64,000 nt of DNA, from assembly GCA_002269645.1 (NCBI GenBank), contig NIVC01000024.1, positions 496,001-560,000 of the forward strand, read 5' to 3'. The translations under genes were made by a program, and so were the position numbers. The notes beneath the pieces were generated by a model. The model did no database searches. It was not told where the DNA came from and saw only the letters and a program-made list of their open reading frames with translations. Shown here piece after piece: positions 23,895 through 41,300 of this stretch (its first letter is position 1; every line of letters begins with the position of its first letter). Source of the DNA: Macrostomum lignano (taxonomy: Eukaryota).

Positions 23895-26800
23895 CTACTT
23901 TGCCCATTTTCCAACTCCGGGACGAATTCCGCGCGCATTGATGACTTCATCAACTACCGCTTGCTTCGTCTCGTTCCACTCCTTGGCTGACTCTTGGACC
24001 ACGTACTCGCGTTCGACTTCCTCCTAAATTTAGCCAAAGGTTTGACGGGTTAGTCATTTACTAGTACATTGTCTACGGTGCTAGACAATATAGATGCACT
24101 GAGTATGATAATAAATCAAGTTTGCTGGTAATTAATTAATAAACGAAACTAAACGAGATGCCATGGCTCAAGAGGAGTTGCTAAGATGCCATGGCTGAAA
24201 GGAGAGTTGCTGAGATGTCATGGCTCAAGGGGAGTTGCTGAGATGCCATGGCTGAAAGGAGAGTTGCTGAGATGTCATGGCTCAAGGGGAGTTGCTGAGA
24301 TGCCATGGCTGAAAGGAGAGTTGCTGAGATGCCATGGCTGAAAGGAGAGTTGCTGAGATGCCATGGCTGAAGGGGAGTTGCTGAGATGCCATGGCTCAAG
24401 GGGAGTTGCTGAGATGCCATGGCTGAAAGGACAAGAAAATCAAGTTCGCAATGTTTTTGTAGTAGATCAAAAAATTCAGCGAGCACCCCAAACGCCCACC
24501 TGCGGCATTTTCCCAAGGCTGGCGTCGGCCGACTGTCCAATCAGTAGCCGAGTGTCCGAGTCCAGCTCGGCCAGCTTGTCCGGCCGGAGTACAGCCATTC
24601 GGACAGTGTCCGTCTCTGCGATGAGAGTGCACGGCATGTCCTCCTGATCTAGCAGGGAGGCTTCCCCGAACGACTGCTTCGGCCCGATGCGACTCATGAC
24701 GATGTGGGTGGTGCGCTGCACCTCCTGCCCATTTTTCAGAGTCTTGTTCGCGACCAGCTTGCGCAGGAGGAGGCAGGTACCCGATTGGATGTAGCCTAGA
24801 AGCGCAACGGGGGGGCGCAGGGTCAGTCATCAGTTTTCAAGAAATATTTGCTTCACTTTCTGTTTTCATGTAAAACTGTCACTCTGTTCATCCAAATGTC
24901 AATCCTTATAGATAATAATGTCACTATTATTTTCAATTTCACTCTTTATATTCACCCCAATTTCACCCTTGCTTATTACCACTGTCACTCTGTGTGCTCA
25001 TCCATACTGTCACTCTGTGTGCTCATCCCTACTGTCACTCTGTGTGCTCATCCCTACTGTCACTCTGTGTGCTCATCCCTACTGTCACTCTGTGTGCTCA
25101 TCCCTACTGTCACTCTGTGTGCTCATCCATACTGTCACTCTGTGTGTGCTCATCCCTACTGTCACTCTGTGTGCTCATCCCTACTGTCACTCTGTGTGCT
25201 CATCCATACTGTCACCCTGTGTGTGCTCATCCCTACTGTCACTCTGTGTGCCCATCCCTACTGTCACTCTGTGTGCTCATCCCTACTGTCACTCTGTGTG
25301 CTCATCCCTACTGTCACTCTGTGTGCTCATCTCTACTGTCACTCTGTGTGCTCATCCCTACTGTCACTCTGTGTGCTCATCCCTACTGTCACTCTGTGTG
25401 CTCATCCCTACTGTCACTCTGTGTGCTCATCCATACTGTCACTCTGTGTGTGCTCATCCCTACTGTCACTCTGTGTGCTCATCCCTACTGTCACTCTGTG
25501 TGCTCATCCCTACTGTCACTCTGTGTGCTCATCCCTACTGTCACTCTGTGTGCTCATCCATACTGTCACTCTGTGTGCTCATCCATACTGTCACTCTGTG
25601 TGTGCTCATCCCTACTGTCACTCTGTGTGCTCATCCATACTGTCACTCTGTGTGCTCATCCATACTGTCATCTGTGTGCTCCCACTGTCACTCTGTGTGC
25701 TCATCCCTACTGTCACTCTGTGTGCTCATCCATACTGTCACTCTGTGTGCTCATCCCTACTGTCACTCTGTGTGCTCATCCCTACTGTCACTCTGTGTGC
25801 TCATCCCTACTGTCACTCTGTGTGCTCATCCATACTGTCACTCTGTGTGCTCATCCATACTGTCACTCTGTGTGCTCATCCATACTGTCACTCTGTGTGT
25901 GCTCATCCCTACTGTCACTCTGTGTGCTCATCCATACTGTCACTCTGTGTGCTCATCCCTACTGTCACTCTGTGTGCTCATCCATACTGTCATCTGTGTG
26001 CTCCCACTGTCACTCTGTGTGCTCATCCCTACTGTCACTCTGTGTGCTCATCCATACTGTCACTCTGTGTGCTCATCCCTACTGTCACTCTGTGTGCTCA
26101 TCCCTACTGTCACTCTGTGTGCTCATCCATACTGTCATCTGTGTGCTCCCACTGTCACTCTGTGTGCTCATCCCTACTGTCACTCTGTGTGCTCATCCAT
26201 ACTGTCACTCTGTGTGCTCATCCATACTGTCACTCTGTGTGTGCTCATCCCTACTGTCACTCTGTGTGTGCTCATCCCTACTGTCACTCTGTGTGTGCTC
26301 ATCCCTACTGTCACTCTGTGTGCTCATCCATACTGTCACCCTGTGTGTGCTCATCCATACTGTCACTCTGTGTGCTCATCCTTACTGTCACTCTGTGTGC
26401 TCATCCATACTGTCACTCTGTGTGCTCATCCATACTGTCACTCTGTGTGCTCATTCATACTGTCACTCTGTGTGTGCTCATCCCTACTGTCACTCTGTGT
26501 GCTCATCCCTACTGTCACACGTGTGCTCATCCCTACTGTCACTCTGTGTGCTCATCCCTACTGTCACTCTGTGTGCTCATCCCTACTGTCACTCTGTGTG
26601 CTCATCCCTACTGTCACTCTGTGTGCTCATCCATACTGTCACCCTGTGTGTGCTCATCCCTACTGTCACTCTGTGTGCTCATCCATACTGTCACTCTGTG
26701 TGTGCTCATCCCTACTGTCACTCTGTATGCTCATCCCTACTGTCACTCTGTGTGCTCATCCATACTGTCACCCTGTGTGTGCTCATCCCTACTGTCACTC

Positions 26801-29800
26801 TGTGTGCCCATCCCTACTGTCACTCTGTGTGCTCATCCATACTGTCACTCTGTGTGCTCATCCCTACTGTCACTCTGTGTACTCATCCATACTGTCACTC
26901 TGTGTGCTCATCCCTACTGCCCAACTCACCAATAAAAGGTGCCTTGAAGCCTTCGCTGGCAATGACGCTATTTGCTGGCACGGTCAGCCAATCGACCAGC
27001 CGAACGACCTTCAGCAGCGGCTGTCGTGACCAGAGTGTGTAGCCCGGGTTCTCAAGCAGCAGGCCAACCTTCTCAGTCTCGTCCTTGTTCTCCAGCTGCT
27101 GTTTGAGTCGCTGATAATCGTAGGAAGAAATCTTTAAAAACTCGCTGCCATCGTCAGGGAGATACACGGAGAGAATCTTGTCGCCGGAACGCGGCTGCTC
27201 CGTGTACTTTAGCGTGCCGAACATTTCGCCGACTTTGATCTGGGGTAGGAGGGGGGCGGTGAAAGAAAGATTGGAAAGATTTTGTCATTTGTAAAATTCT
27301 TAAAACGATAGAGAGGTGCAGTGAGGGATAAAGGGAGGAAGGTAGGGATGGAGAGATGTAGGGAGGGATGGAGAGATGAAAGTAGAAATAAAGAGATGCA
27401 GGGAGGGATGGAGAGATGAAGGTAGGAATTAAGAGATGCCGGGAGGGATGGAGAGATGCAGGGAGGGATGAAGAGATGCAGGGAGGGATGGAGTGATGCA
27501 GGGAGGGATGAAGAGATGCAGGGAGGGATGAAGAGATGCATGGGGGGATGGAGAAATGCAGGGAGGGATGAAGAGATGCAGGCAGGGATGAAGAGATGCA
27601 GGGAGGGATGGAGAGATGCAGGGAGGGATGGAGAGATGCAGGGAGGGATGGAGAGATGCAGGGAGGAATGGAGAGATGCAGCGAAGGATTGAGAGATGCA
27701 GGCAGGGATGAAGAGATGCAGGGAGGGATGGAGAGATGCAGGGAGGGATGGAGAGATGCAGGGAGGGATGAAGAGATGCAGGGAGGGATGGAGAGATGCA
27801 GGGAGGGATGGAGAGATGCAGGGAGGGATGGAGAGATGCAGGGAGGGATGGAGAGATGCAGGAAGGGATGGAGAGATGCAGGGAGGAATGGAGAGATGCA
27901 GGGAGGAATGGAGAGATGCAGGGAAGGATGGAGAGATGCAGGAAGGGATGGAGAGATGCAGGGAGGGATGGGGAGATGCAGGGAGGGATGGAGAGATGCA
28001 GGAAGGGATGGAGAGATGCAGGGAGGAATGGAGAGATGCAGGGAAGGATGGAGAGATGCAGGCAGGGATGAAGAGATGCAGGGAGGGATGGAGAGATGCA
28101 GGGAGGGATGGAGAGATGCAGGGAGGGATGGAGAGATGCAGGGAGGAATGGAGAGATGCAGGGAAGGATGGAGAGATGCAGGCAGGGATGAAGAGATGCA
28201 GGGAGGGATGGAGAGATGCAGGGAGGGATGGAGAGATGCAGGGAGGGATGAAGAGATGCAGGGAGGGATGGAGAGATGCAGGGAGGGATGGAGAGATGCA
28301 GGGAGGGATGGAGAGATGCAGGGAGGAATGGAGAGATGCAGGGAAGGATGGAGAGATGCAGGCAGGGATGGAGAGATGCAGGGAGGAATGGAGAGATGCA
28401 GGGAAGGATGGAGAGATGCAGGCAGGGATGGAGAGATGTAGGGAGGGATGAAGAGATGCAGGGAGGGATGGAGAGATGCAGGGAGGAATGGAGAGATGCA
28501 GGGAGAGATGGAGAGATGCAGGGAGGGATGGAGAGATGCAGGAAGGGATGAAGAGAAAAAATGGAGTAAAACTCGATCTACTCACCACCTGCTGCTCATC
28601 CTTCTCCAGCGTCCGGCAGCGGTCAATAAAAGCGGCCTCGTCCGCATCGTCCATGCCACGCATAGAAGGCTCGGTGAGCGCCATCGCGCAGCCGTGCAGC
28701 ACCAGGAACAAAGACCCGTGCGCCAGCAGGGTGACGTCACCTTCCGGCCATCGTTCCAGTTTAACAACTGTAGCCAGCTCTTTCAGTAGACTGTCCGACA
28801 CCTGACTGCTCAACGGTTCGATGTTGCGCATCAGCTGGTAGATTTTGTCGTTCTCCTCGGCGGTTCTCTCGTACATTGGCTGTTTGAGCAGCCGGCGGAG
28901 GGCCTGCACCACCGCGTGCTTGGTGGGCTTTGCGTCCGCTGCTGCTGCGGTTGGTGGAGGGGGGGCAGCAGGAGCTGGTCTTAGCCAGTTGCTAGGCATG
29001 GACAGTTAAAGTAGAAGGACGCGCACTAAAATCGCCAAATCATTGACAAAGCACGAATGTGTTCTGTCCGAGGTGCACTCAAAAGTTTATCTAGCTATTT
29101 TTATAGCTGACAGGCAAACTTCCCGAGAAATTTTGACTGTTCATTCATTAAATTCATTCAGTTGAGTATTACTATTTCTATCTCGATTTTAAACGTCATC
29201 TGACACCAGATTTGGCGCTCGTCTGACACCCGATTTGGCGCTCATCTGACACCCGATTTGGCGTGATCTGACACCCAATTAGGCGCTCGTCTGACACCCG
29301 ATTTGGCGCTCATCTGACACCCGATTTGGCGTGATCTGACACCCAATTAGGCGCTCATCTGACACCCGATTTGACGCTCATCTGACACCCAATTTGGCGT
29401 GATCTGACACCCGATTAGGCGCTCATCTGACACCCAATTTGGCGCCATCTGACACCCGATTTAGCACCATCTGACACCCGATTTGGCGTGATCTGACACC
29501 CGATTTGGTGCTCATCTGACACCCGATTTGACGCTCATCTGACACCCGATTTGGCGTGATCTGACACCCGATTAGGCGCTCATCTGACACCCGATTTGGT
29601 GCTCATCTGACACCCGATTTGACGCTCATCTGACACCCGATTTGACGTTCATCTGACACCCGATTTGGCGCTCATCTGACACCCGATTTTGCGCTCATCT
29701 GACACCCGATTTGACGCTCATCTGACACCCGATTTGGCGCTCATCTGACACCCGATTTGACACTAATCTGACACCCGATTTTGCGCTCATCTGACACCCG

Positions 29801-31132
29801 ATTTGGCGCTCACCTGACACCCGATTTGACGCTCATCTGACACCCGATTTGACGCTCATCTGACACCTGATTTGACGCTCATCTGACACCCGATTTGGCG
29901 CTCATCTGACACCCGATTTGACGCTCATCTGACACCCGAATTGGCACCAAGCGACACATGAATTAGACATAATAAAGACTACAATAATGGAAAACTTCCT
30001 TTTCGATAAATGCGCTTTGCCCTGCGAGAACTGACCTACAGTGGGAGTGTAACAACACAACACAATCGTGCCGATCAATCGCTCATGGAAGCTACTATAA
30101 GTAGAAGCAGATGAACTTCCAATAAAAGTAGCAGCAATTAAGTAGGATTGTCACTTGCCAACTTTGCTATTGGCGTGGGCCCGCCTGGTGAACTCGCGAA
30201 TGTCGTGCGGCTTGTACTCGATGGCCAGCAGGGAGCCTCCGCCGCCCGGCTGTTGCTGGGCGCAGCAGCTCCGGTCGGCTGGCAGCTCGGCGGCAGGCGG
30301 CTGAGTGATTCTCAAACTGGCCCGGTCGGAGAACCGCTTCTCGGTGTGCACCGGCGGCAGGCGGCTCGGGGCTGCCGAGTCCACGAATACTCGGTGATAA
30401 TTGCGCATCACTTCGGCGTGCGCATCGGCCGTGCTGCGCTTTTGCAAGCTAAAACAAAAATGGGGTTGGGGTTATAAAAAATACTAATCAAACTGAAATT
30501 CAATTAATAATTCCAGTGATTTCCCAACTTTAAAACTTCAATGTTTAAATATTACTCTAGTGCAAATTTATGAATTTACTGTATGTAAGTTTTGAAATGC
30601 GTAAATACTATTTCAAACATTTTTAATGTTCAATTTACAATGAATGTAAATTAAATAGGCCTAAAAAGTGTAAAAAATATGTCTAATAAATTTTTCCAAA
30701 TATTTTTGCTTGTCTGCCTCCGTCCCATGTATATATTCTTACTAAAAATAAAAATATTTCCATAAAATTCATTCATATTATTAATAAATAGATCAAATGT
30801 TTGTAATGCAACTGTAACCTGTAACTTAAATAAGTAATGTCAATATAAAAAAATCATTAAAGTCCATAAGTTTGAACGATCATACGACTTAAAAGCTTTT
30901 ATATCAGAGTAAATTAACCATAATAAAATGATAAAAATAAAACATGGTTAAATTGATTGAATAGTTTTATTTCAACAAATAAACCAAGCAAAAAATTAGG
31001 TTCAGAGGGTTCAGTCAAAATTATTAATCATCAATCATCATTTGAATGTCCTACTTACACGTTTGAAAGTCCTTCAATACCAACGAGCTTCCGAAGGAAA
31101 TCATAGTTAATTGGTTTTGTAGATTCATCCAT
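23895..31132 (-). CDS. CNBD1: Cyclic nucleotide-binding domain-containing protein (CNBD1-like), 6 exons, ~502 aa
   Basis: Exons 31132-31059, 30448-30155, 28991-28586, 27239-26930, 24795-24500, 24023-23895, phase-consistent; two cNMP-like regions (KVGEMFGTL; GPKQSFGEASLL...CTLIAET); N-terminal INYDFLRKL resembles CNBD1 as I recall it; ortholog assignment not verified. Confidence 0.78.
24170..24425. repeat. Intronic ~30-bp minisatellite (GAGATGCCATGGCTGAAAGGAGAGTTGCT), last CNBD intron
   Basis: Direct reading. Confidence 0.9.
24980..26920. repeat. Intronic 25/27-bp minisatellite (ACTGTCACTCTGTGTGCTCATCCCT), CNBD intron 4
   Basis: Direct reading; source of three spurious ~700-aa ORFs. Confidence 0.97.
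27345..28552. repeat. Intronic 20-bp minisatellite (GAGATGCAGGGAGGGATGGA), CNBD intron 3
   Basis: Direct reading; lies between GT-AG sites at 28585 and 27240. Confidence 0.97.
29197..29945. repeat. Intronic 22/23-bp minisatellite (ATCTGACACCCGATTTGGCGCTC), CNBD intron 2
   Basis: Direct reading; same family as 32375-33290. Confidence 0.95.
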
Positions 31133-31965
31133 GGCTTAAGTTTAAGTGATATTTATTAGGTTAGAATGTGTCTGCTGGCATCGTTAACAATAACAACATA
31201 TTATGATAGCAGTGTTTCTGATCCTACAATGTAAAAATCGATACTCACTAACATGTTAAAAACCGAGATTGTCTCTAATGATGCTTAAAAAACCATATAA
31301 CTGTTCAACTTTAATACTTAAATATATTCTGGAATAAACGAGTAACTAAACACCTTAGTTGTGTTCTACCAGCTAGACATGCAATGATTTGTTATACTCT
31401 ATCAAAAATTTCCGCGCAGAGAAAATTTTAAATTTGTTTTATTATGTTTCAATGTGTCTTCTCGATCAATTTATACCTAAGGGGATTTAGTGTATACATT
31501 ATTAACATTATTCGAGCGACAGGTAGCATTACATATACGAGCAGTTTTGTCTATATGCCTTTTTGAGAAAATGCTGTTTTGATAAACTCTTAAAACGTAT
31601 GTTTCATAAATTCCTACATTAATTAATATCGGGAAGAGAACACCCAATATTTTACATGCACTTCTCCACCGAGCACACCATCAATAGCTTAGTAGTAGTA
31701 TCTCTAACTTCACGAGACTGTATTTCGCTCTTTTTATTTGCAATTATGCTGGTTATATGCCGGTAATCATCACCACTGAAGTGTGTCAATTCTTCTATAC
31801 ATGTGCAAATAATTTTATACAAGCCTGACAAGTTACTGCTGCAAGCCTGAAATTGTATGGTCGGCTGCGCAGCCAATCACATTCAATATTTTTAACAAAC
31901 AACAATCTTATTAAATAGACAGAATTTATTTTACGCTACATGCCACTACTGTAAGCGCCGCTAAA

Positions 31966-35865
<3,900 letters not shown>

Positions 35866-35999
35866 ATGCGGAACCGACATTTCAGCTGCTGTTGGGTGCG
35901 CTTGGGGATTCGCTGCTGTATCTGCCAGTTTCTTTCTCTGCTTTTCTCCACTCTACCAAATCTACTCTACCACCCGATCTACTCTACCACTCGATCTTA

Positions 36000-36410
36000 G
36001 TCTACTAGCCGATCTACTCTACTACCTGACCTACTCTACCACCTGATCTACTTTAACACCCGATCTACTCTACCGCCCGATCTACTCTACCACCCGATCT
36101 ACTCTACCACCCGATCTACTCTACCACCTGATCTACTCTACCACTCGATCTTAGTCTACTACCCGATCTACTCTACCACCCGATCTACTCTACCACCCGA
36201 TCTACTCTACCACCCGATCTACTCTACCACCTGATCTACTTTTACACCCGATCTACTCTACCACCTGATCTACTTTAACACCCGATCTACTCTACCACCT
36301 GATCTACTTTAACACCCGATCTACTCTACCACTCGATCTTAGTCTACTACCCGATCTACTCTATCACCTGACCTACTCTACCACCCGATCTACTCTATCA
36401 TCCCAATTTA
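36000..36410. repeat. 17-bp minisatellite (ACCCGATCTACTCTACC)
   Basis: Direct reading. Confidence 0.9.
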
Positions 36411-37079
36411 CCTAATTTATTCGATCCAATCTGCTCAAAAGTTTACATCAATAAAATTGATTTTTACAATACTTTTAACATTAAAATAACGGGACCGAGA
36501 ACTACTTTCAAATTTTTAATTTAGTACTTCAATCTTTAGCTATTTAAATTTATCTGCATTCGTTTCAATTCATCAGATTATAAATGATTTTGCGAAATAT
36601 ACTACTCACTACCAAATTAAGTAGAAAGATGCTGTTAACCGTCAACTTTAAATTAAAAGTGAATAAAAAAATACCGGTATGCAAATTGCAGCCATTATAG
36701 TCTGCTTAGCTGGGTGGTCAAGTGTTTTTTTTACTCTTTTGTCTTAAATTTTTTCCGCGATTTAACACCGTCAGGAGCAATTCCCACGGGTTCGCAAATA
36801 TTTAGCTATAACCAGAACAATAAGCGAGCTGACCCAAATTAGCCCAGCTCTGAGTGCTAGTTTTGGGTCATGCGCCCCACTGTGAAGCTGGAGTAGGTAT
36901 TTTCTTTTACACTGTTCTCAAGCTGGGGGCTATTGTGAGCTCTTCGTGAAGAGACCTTCAACTAGCGCTTCCCATTGTCTGGCTATATGGGTCAGTCAGT
37001 GCAACCCATTTGGCCAGCACTGGTTTGCACTAGTGCTGCATCTGGGGCAGACCTGTCCGTTTATGCTGTGCCTAGACTA

Positions 37080-37345
37080 ATACTATCTACCTGTCCATCT
37101 ACCTGTCTATCTACCTGTCCATCTACCTATCCATCTACCTGTCTATCTACCTGTCTATCTACCTGTATAACTACCTGTCTATCTACCTATCTATCTAACT
37201 GTCCATCTACCTGTCCATCTACCTGTCTATCTACCTATCTATCTACCTGTCTATCTACCTGTATAGCTGCTACCTGTGTATCTATCTGTCTAGCTATCTG
37301 CCTATCTACCTGTCTATCTACCTGTCTATCCACTTGTCAATCTAA
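37080..37345. repeat. 12-bp degenerate repeat (TCTACCTGTCTA)
   Basis: Direct reading. Confidence 0.85.
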
Positions 37346-37817
37346 CTAAGTATCCACCTGTCCATCGACTTTCCTATCCACCTTTTGTATCTACATGTCT
37401 ATATACATCTACCAATGTGTCTGCCGATTGTCTTTAACATTGGATTCCTGCCACATACAGAGCATAATATGTGAGTGGAAGCGCTATTTCCATGGTAGTT
37501 AGTAGATAAATGTTTCTGAAACCGCGAAATTCTTTCTTTCTCGCCTGTGGGGTATTCCGTCTCTAACAGAATCTCGGTTGCCTGAATCTCTGCCTATACT
37601 GCCATTGTACACCATTGTTTTTTTATTTTCTGTCTTGTCCTACCAACAGAAAATTGCTTTTCTCTCTCTGCTTTTCTGCATAATTAAAGACATGCTGCGG
37701 CATCTGGTATTTATAATAGATTATGCGCATGGCGAGAGACTGCGCACTGAACCTGCACCGCACTTCGATTCCAATTCGATTTATTAAAAGTAAGTAAGGG
37801 CTATCTATCTACTAAAA

Positions 37818-38315
<498 letters not shown>

Positions 38316-38347
38316 TTATCACCTATTTACTCACCAGGCAACAGGCC

Positions 38348-41300
38348 ATGCTGAGGATCGGCTTGCTACCGCAGTGGCTTCTAGTAGCAGCAGCAATGAG
38401 TGCTGTTCTGTTGCAGCCAATGGGCTCCGAGGCCCAAGCAGCAGCCCCTCGGCACACGGTCAACCTGACCAACGGCTCCAGCATCCAAGGCTTCACCAGC
38501 ACAGTCCGCAGCCGAACGGTGTGGAGCTACCTGGGCATTCCCTACGCCAAGCCGCCCGTGGGAGCGCTGCGCTTCAAGCCCTCGGTGCCGCTGGACTCAC
38601 CTATTGGCAACAGCAGCCTGCCATACGATGCCTCGAAGAAACCGAAGGCCTGCTACTACTGGCCCCTGAGTCCGCAGGAGTTCGAAAAGACGGTGAGTCT
38701 TTGATGCTTTTGATCGATTTGGTTTTGTTCGCAACAGGGGATATCATTTACAAGGGATTTGAATGTACGCTCGTCTTTGGGTAACGCGGGTCTACGTCTT
38801 TTGAGTGCTAGCCAACGAGTTGAAATGTCTGTTCCGGACACTTTTTGCCCGCAACATACCGTGCCACATTTATAGCGACACATTTCTAGCGACACATTTC
38901 TAGCGACAAATTTCTAGCGACACATTTATAGCGACACATTTATAGCGACACATTTATAGCGACACATTTATAGCGACACATTTCTAGCGATAAATTTCTA
39001 GTGACACATTTCTAGCGACACATTTCTAGCGACACATTTCTAGCGACACATTTATAGCGACACATTTATAGCGACACATTTCTAGCGACACATTTCTAGC
39101 GACACATTTCTAGCGACGCATTTATAGCGACACATTTCTAGCGACAAATTTCTAGTGACACATTTCTAGCGACACATTTATAGCGACACATTTCTAGCGA
39201 CGAATTTCTAGCGACACATTTATAGCGACACATTTATAGCGACACATTTATAGCGACACATTTCTAGCGACACATTTATAGCGACACATTTATAGCGACA
39301 CATTTCTAATGACACATTTCTAGCGACACATTTCTAGCGACAAATTTCTAGTGACACATTTCTAGCGACACATTTCTAGCGACACATTTCTAATGACACA
39401 TTTATAGCGACACATTTCTAGCGACACATTTCTAGCGACACATTTCTAGCGACACATTTATAGCGACACATTTATAGCGAAACATTTCTAGCGACACATT
39501 TCTAGCGACACATTTATAGCGACACATTTCTAGTGACACATTTCTAGCGACACATTTCTAGCGACACATTTCTAGCGACACATTTCTAATGACACATTTC
39601 TAGTGACACATTTCTAGCGACACATTTCTAGCGACACATTTCTAGCGACACATTTCTAATGACACATTTCTAGCGACACATTTATAGCGACACATTTCTA
39701 GCGACAAATTTCTAGTGACACATTTCTAATGACACATTTCTAGCGACACATTTCTAGCGACACATTTATAGCGACACATTTATAGCGACACATTTCTAGC
39801 GACACATTTCTAGCGACACATTTATAGCGACACATTTCTAGCGACACATTTCTAGCGACACATTTCTAGCGACACATTTCTAGTGACACATTTCTAACGA
39901 CACATTTCTAATGACACATTACTAGCGACACATTTCTAGCGACACATTTCTAATGACACATTTCTAGCGACACATTTCTAATGACACATTTCTAGCGACA
40001 CATTTCTAGCGACACATTTCTAGCGACACATTTCTATCGACACATTTCTAGCGACACATTTCTAATGACACATTTCTAGCGACACATTTCTAGCGACACA
40101 TTTCTAACGACACATTGTGACCAATTCCTTGGCGATGTAAAAAGTCAGGGGCCACTGTGTTTTAACTGTGCAACTTTGTTTCACAAAAACGATTTGAAGG
40201 CTTATGAACTAAACTAATAAAGCAATAAAACGGATTGCTATTTTTGTGTATGAAGTTGTGCCGTATTTTCTATTTAAAGCCGTGCAGAGTTTTCTGGGAA
40301 AGTTTTCTAAGAAACAGATGGTGCACGTCTGTCTAGGCACCGGCGGACTGTCCTGCTAAGACGCAATAAACTATTCGACTGCAGCAACAACTCTCTCTCG
40401 CTCTCTCATTCCCGCGCAGAACCCGGCCCTGATGATGTGGTGGAACAACACCGAGATGTCCGAGGATTGTCTCTACCTAAACGTCTGGTCGCCAACTTCT
40501 GACTCCGCCGCTGGCAAGGCCGTCATGGTGTGGATCTACGGCGGCGGCTTCTTCGGCGGCTCGTCCTCGCTCGAAGTCTACGACGGCGCGGTGCTGGCGG
40601 CGACTGGCGACGTTGTTGTCGCCTCGATGCAGTACCGGACTGGAGCGCTCGGCTTCATGTTCTTAGACGACACCGAGGCACCAGGAAATGCGGGACTGTA
40701 CGACCAGTACAGAGCGATTCAGTGGATTCACGAAAATATTCGGTGAGTGAAGTAACTTTAGTGTATTTTTTGGGTTGCATGGCCTAACTCAGTGAGTAGC
40801 TGCTCCAATTCAGTGAGTAGCTGCTCCAATTTAATGAGTAGCTGCTCCAATTCAGTGAGTAGCTGCTCCAATTTAATGAGTAGCTGCTCCAATTCAGTGA
40901 GTAGCTGCTCCAATTTAATGAGTAGCTGCTCCAATTCAGTGAGTAGCTGCTCCAATTTAATGAGTAGCTGCTCCAATTCAGTGAGTAGCTGCTCCAATTC
41001 AGTGAGTAGCTGCTCCAATTTAATGAGTAGCTGCTCCAATTTAATGAGTAGCTGCTCCAATTTAATGAGTAGCTGCTCCAATTCAGTGAGTAGCTGCTCC
41101 AATTCAGTGAGTAGCTGCTCCAATTTAATGAGTAGCTGCTCCAATTCAGTCAGTGGCTGCTCAAATTTACCTAATTTTGATCGTTATCGCTTCACTTCAA
41201 AATCCTTTGGTTTGTTCTCCGTCTACCGGTTTGCAAGTTACTACTGAATTGCACTAAGTAGTAAGTACAGATTTTACCAAGTTTACGAGTACTATCATAT

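Noticed and set aside
24848-27042. Three ~700-aa Cys/His-rich ORFs (CAHPYCHSV...)
   Set aside because: All three frames are open because the 25-bp unit lacks stops; the array lies between valid splice sites of the CNBD gene
27209-28999. 596-aa ORF and overlapping MQGGMERC ORFs
   Set aside because: Only 28991-28586 is exon; the rest is a 20-bp intronic satellite read through
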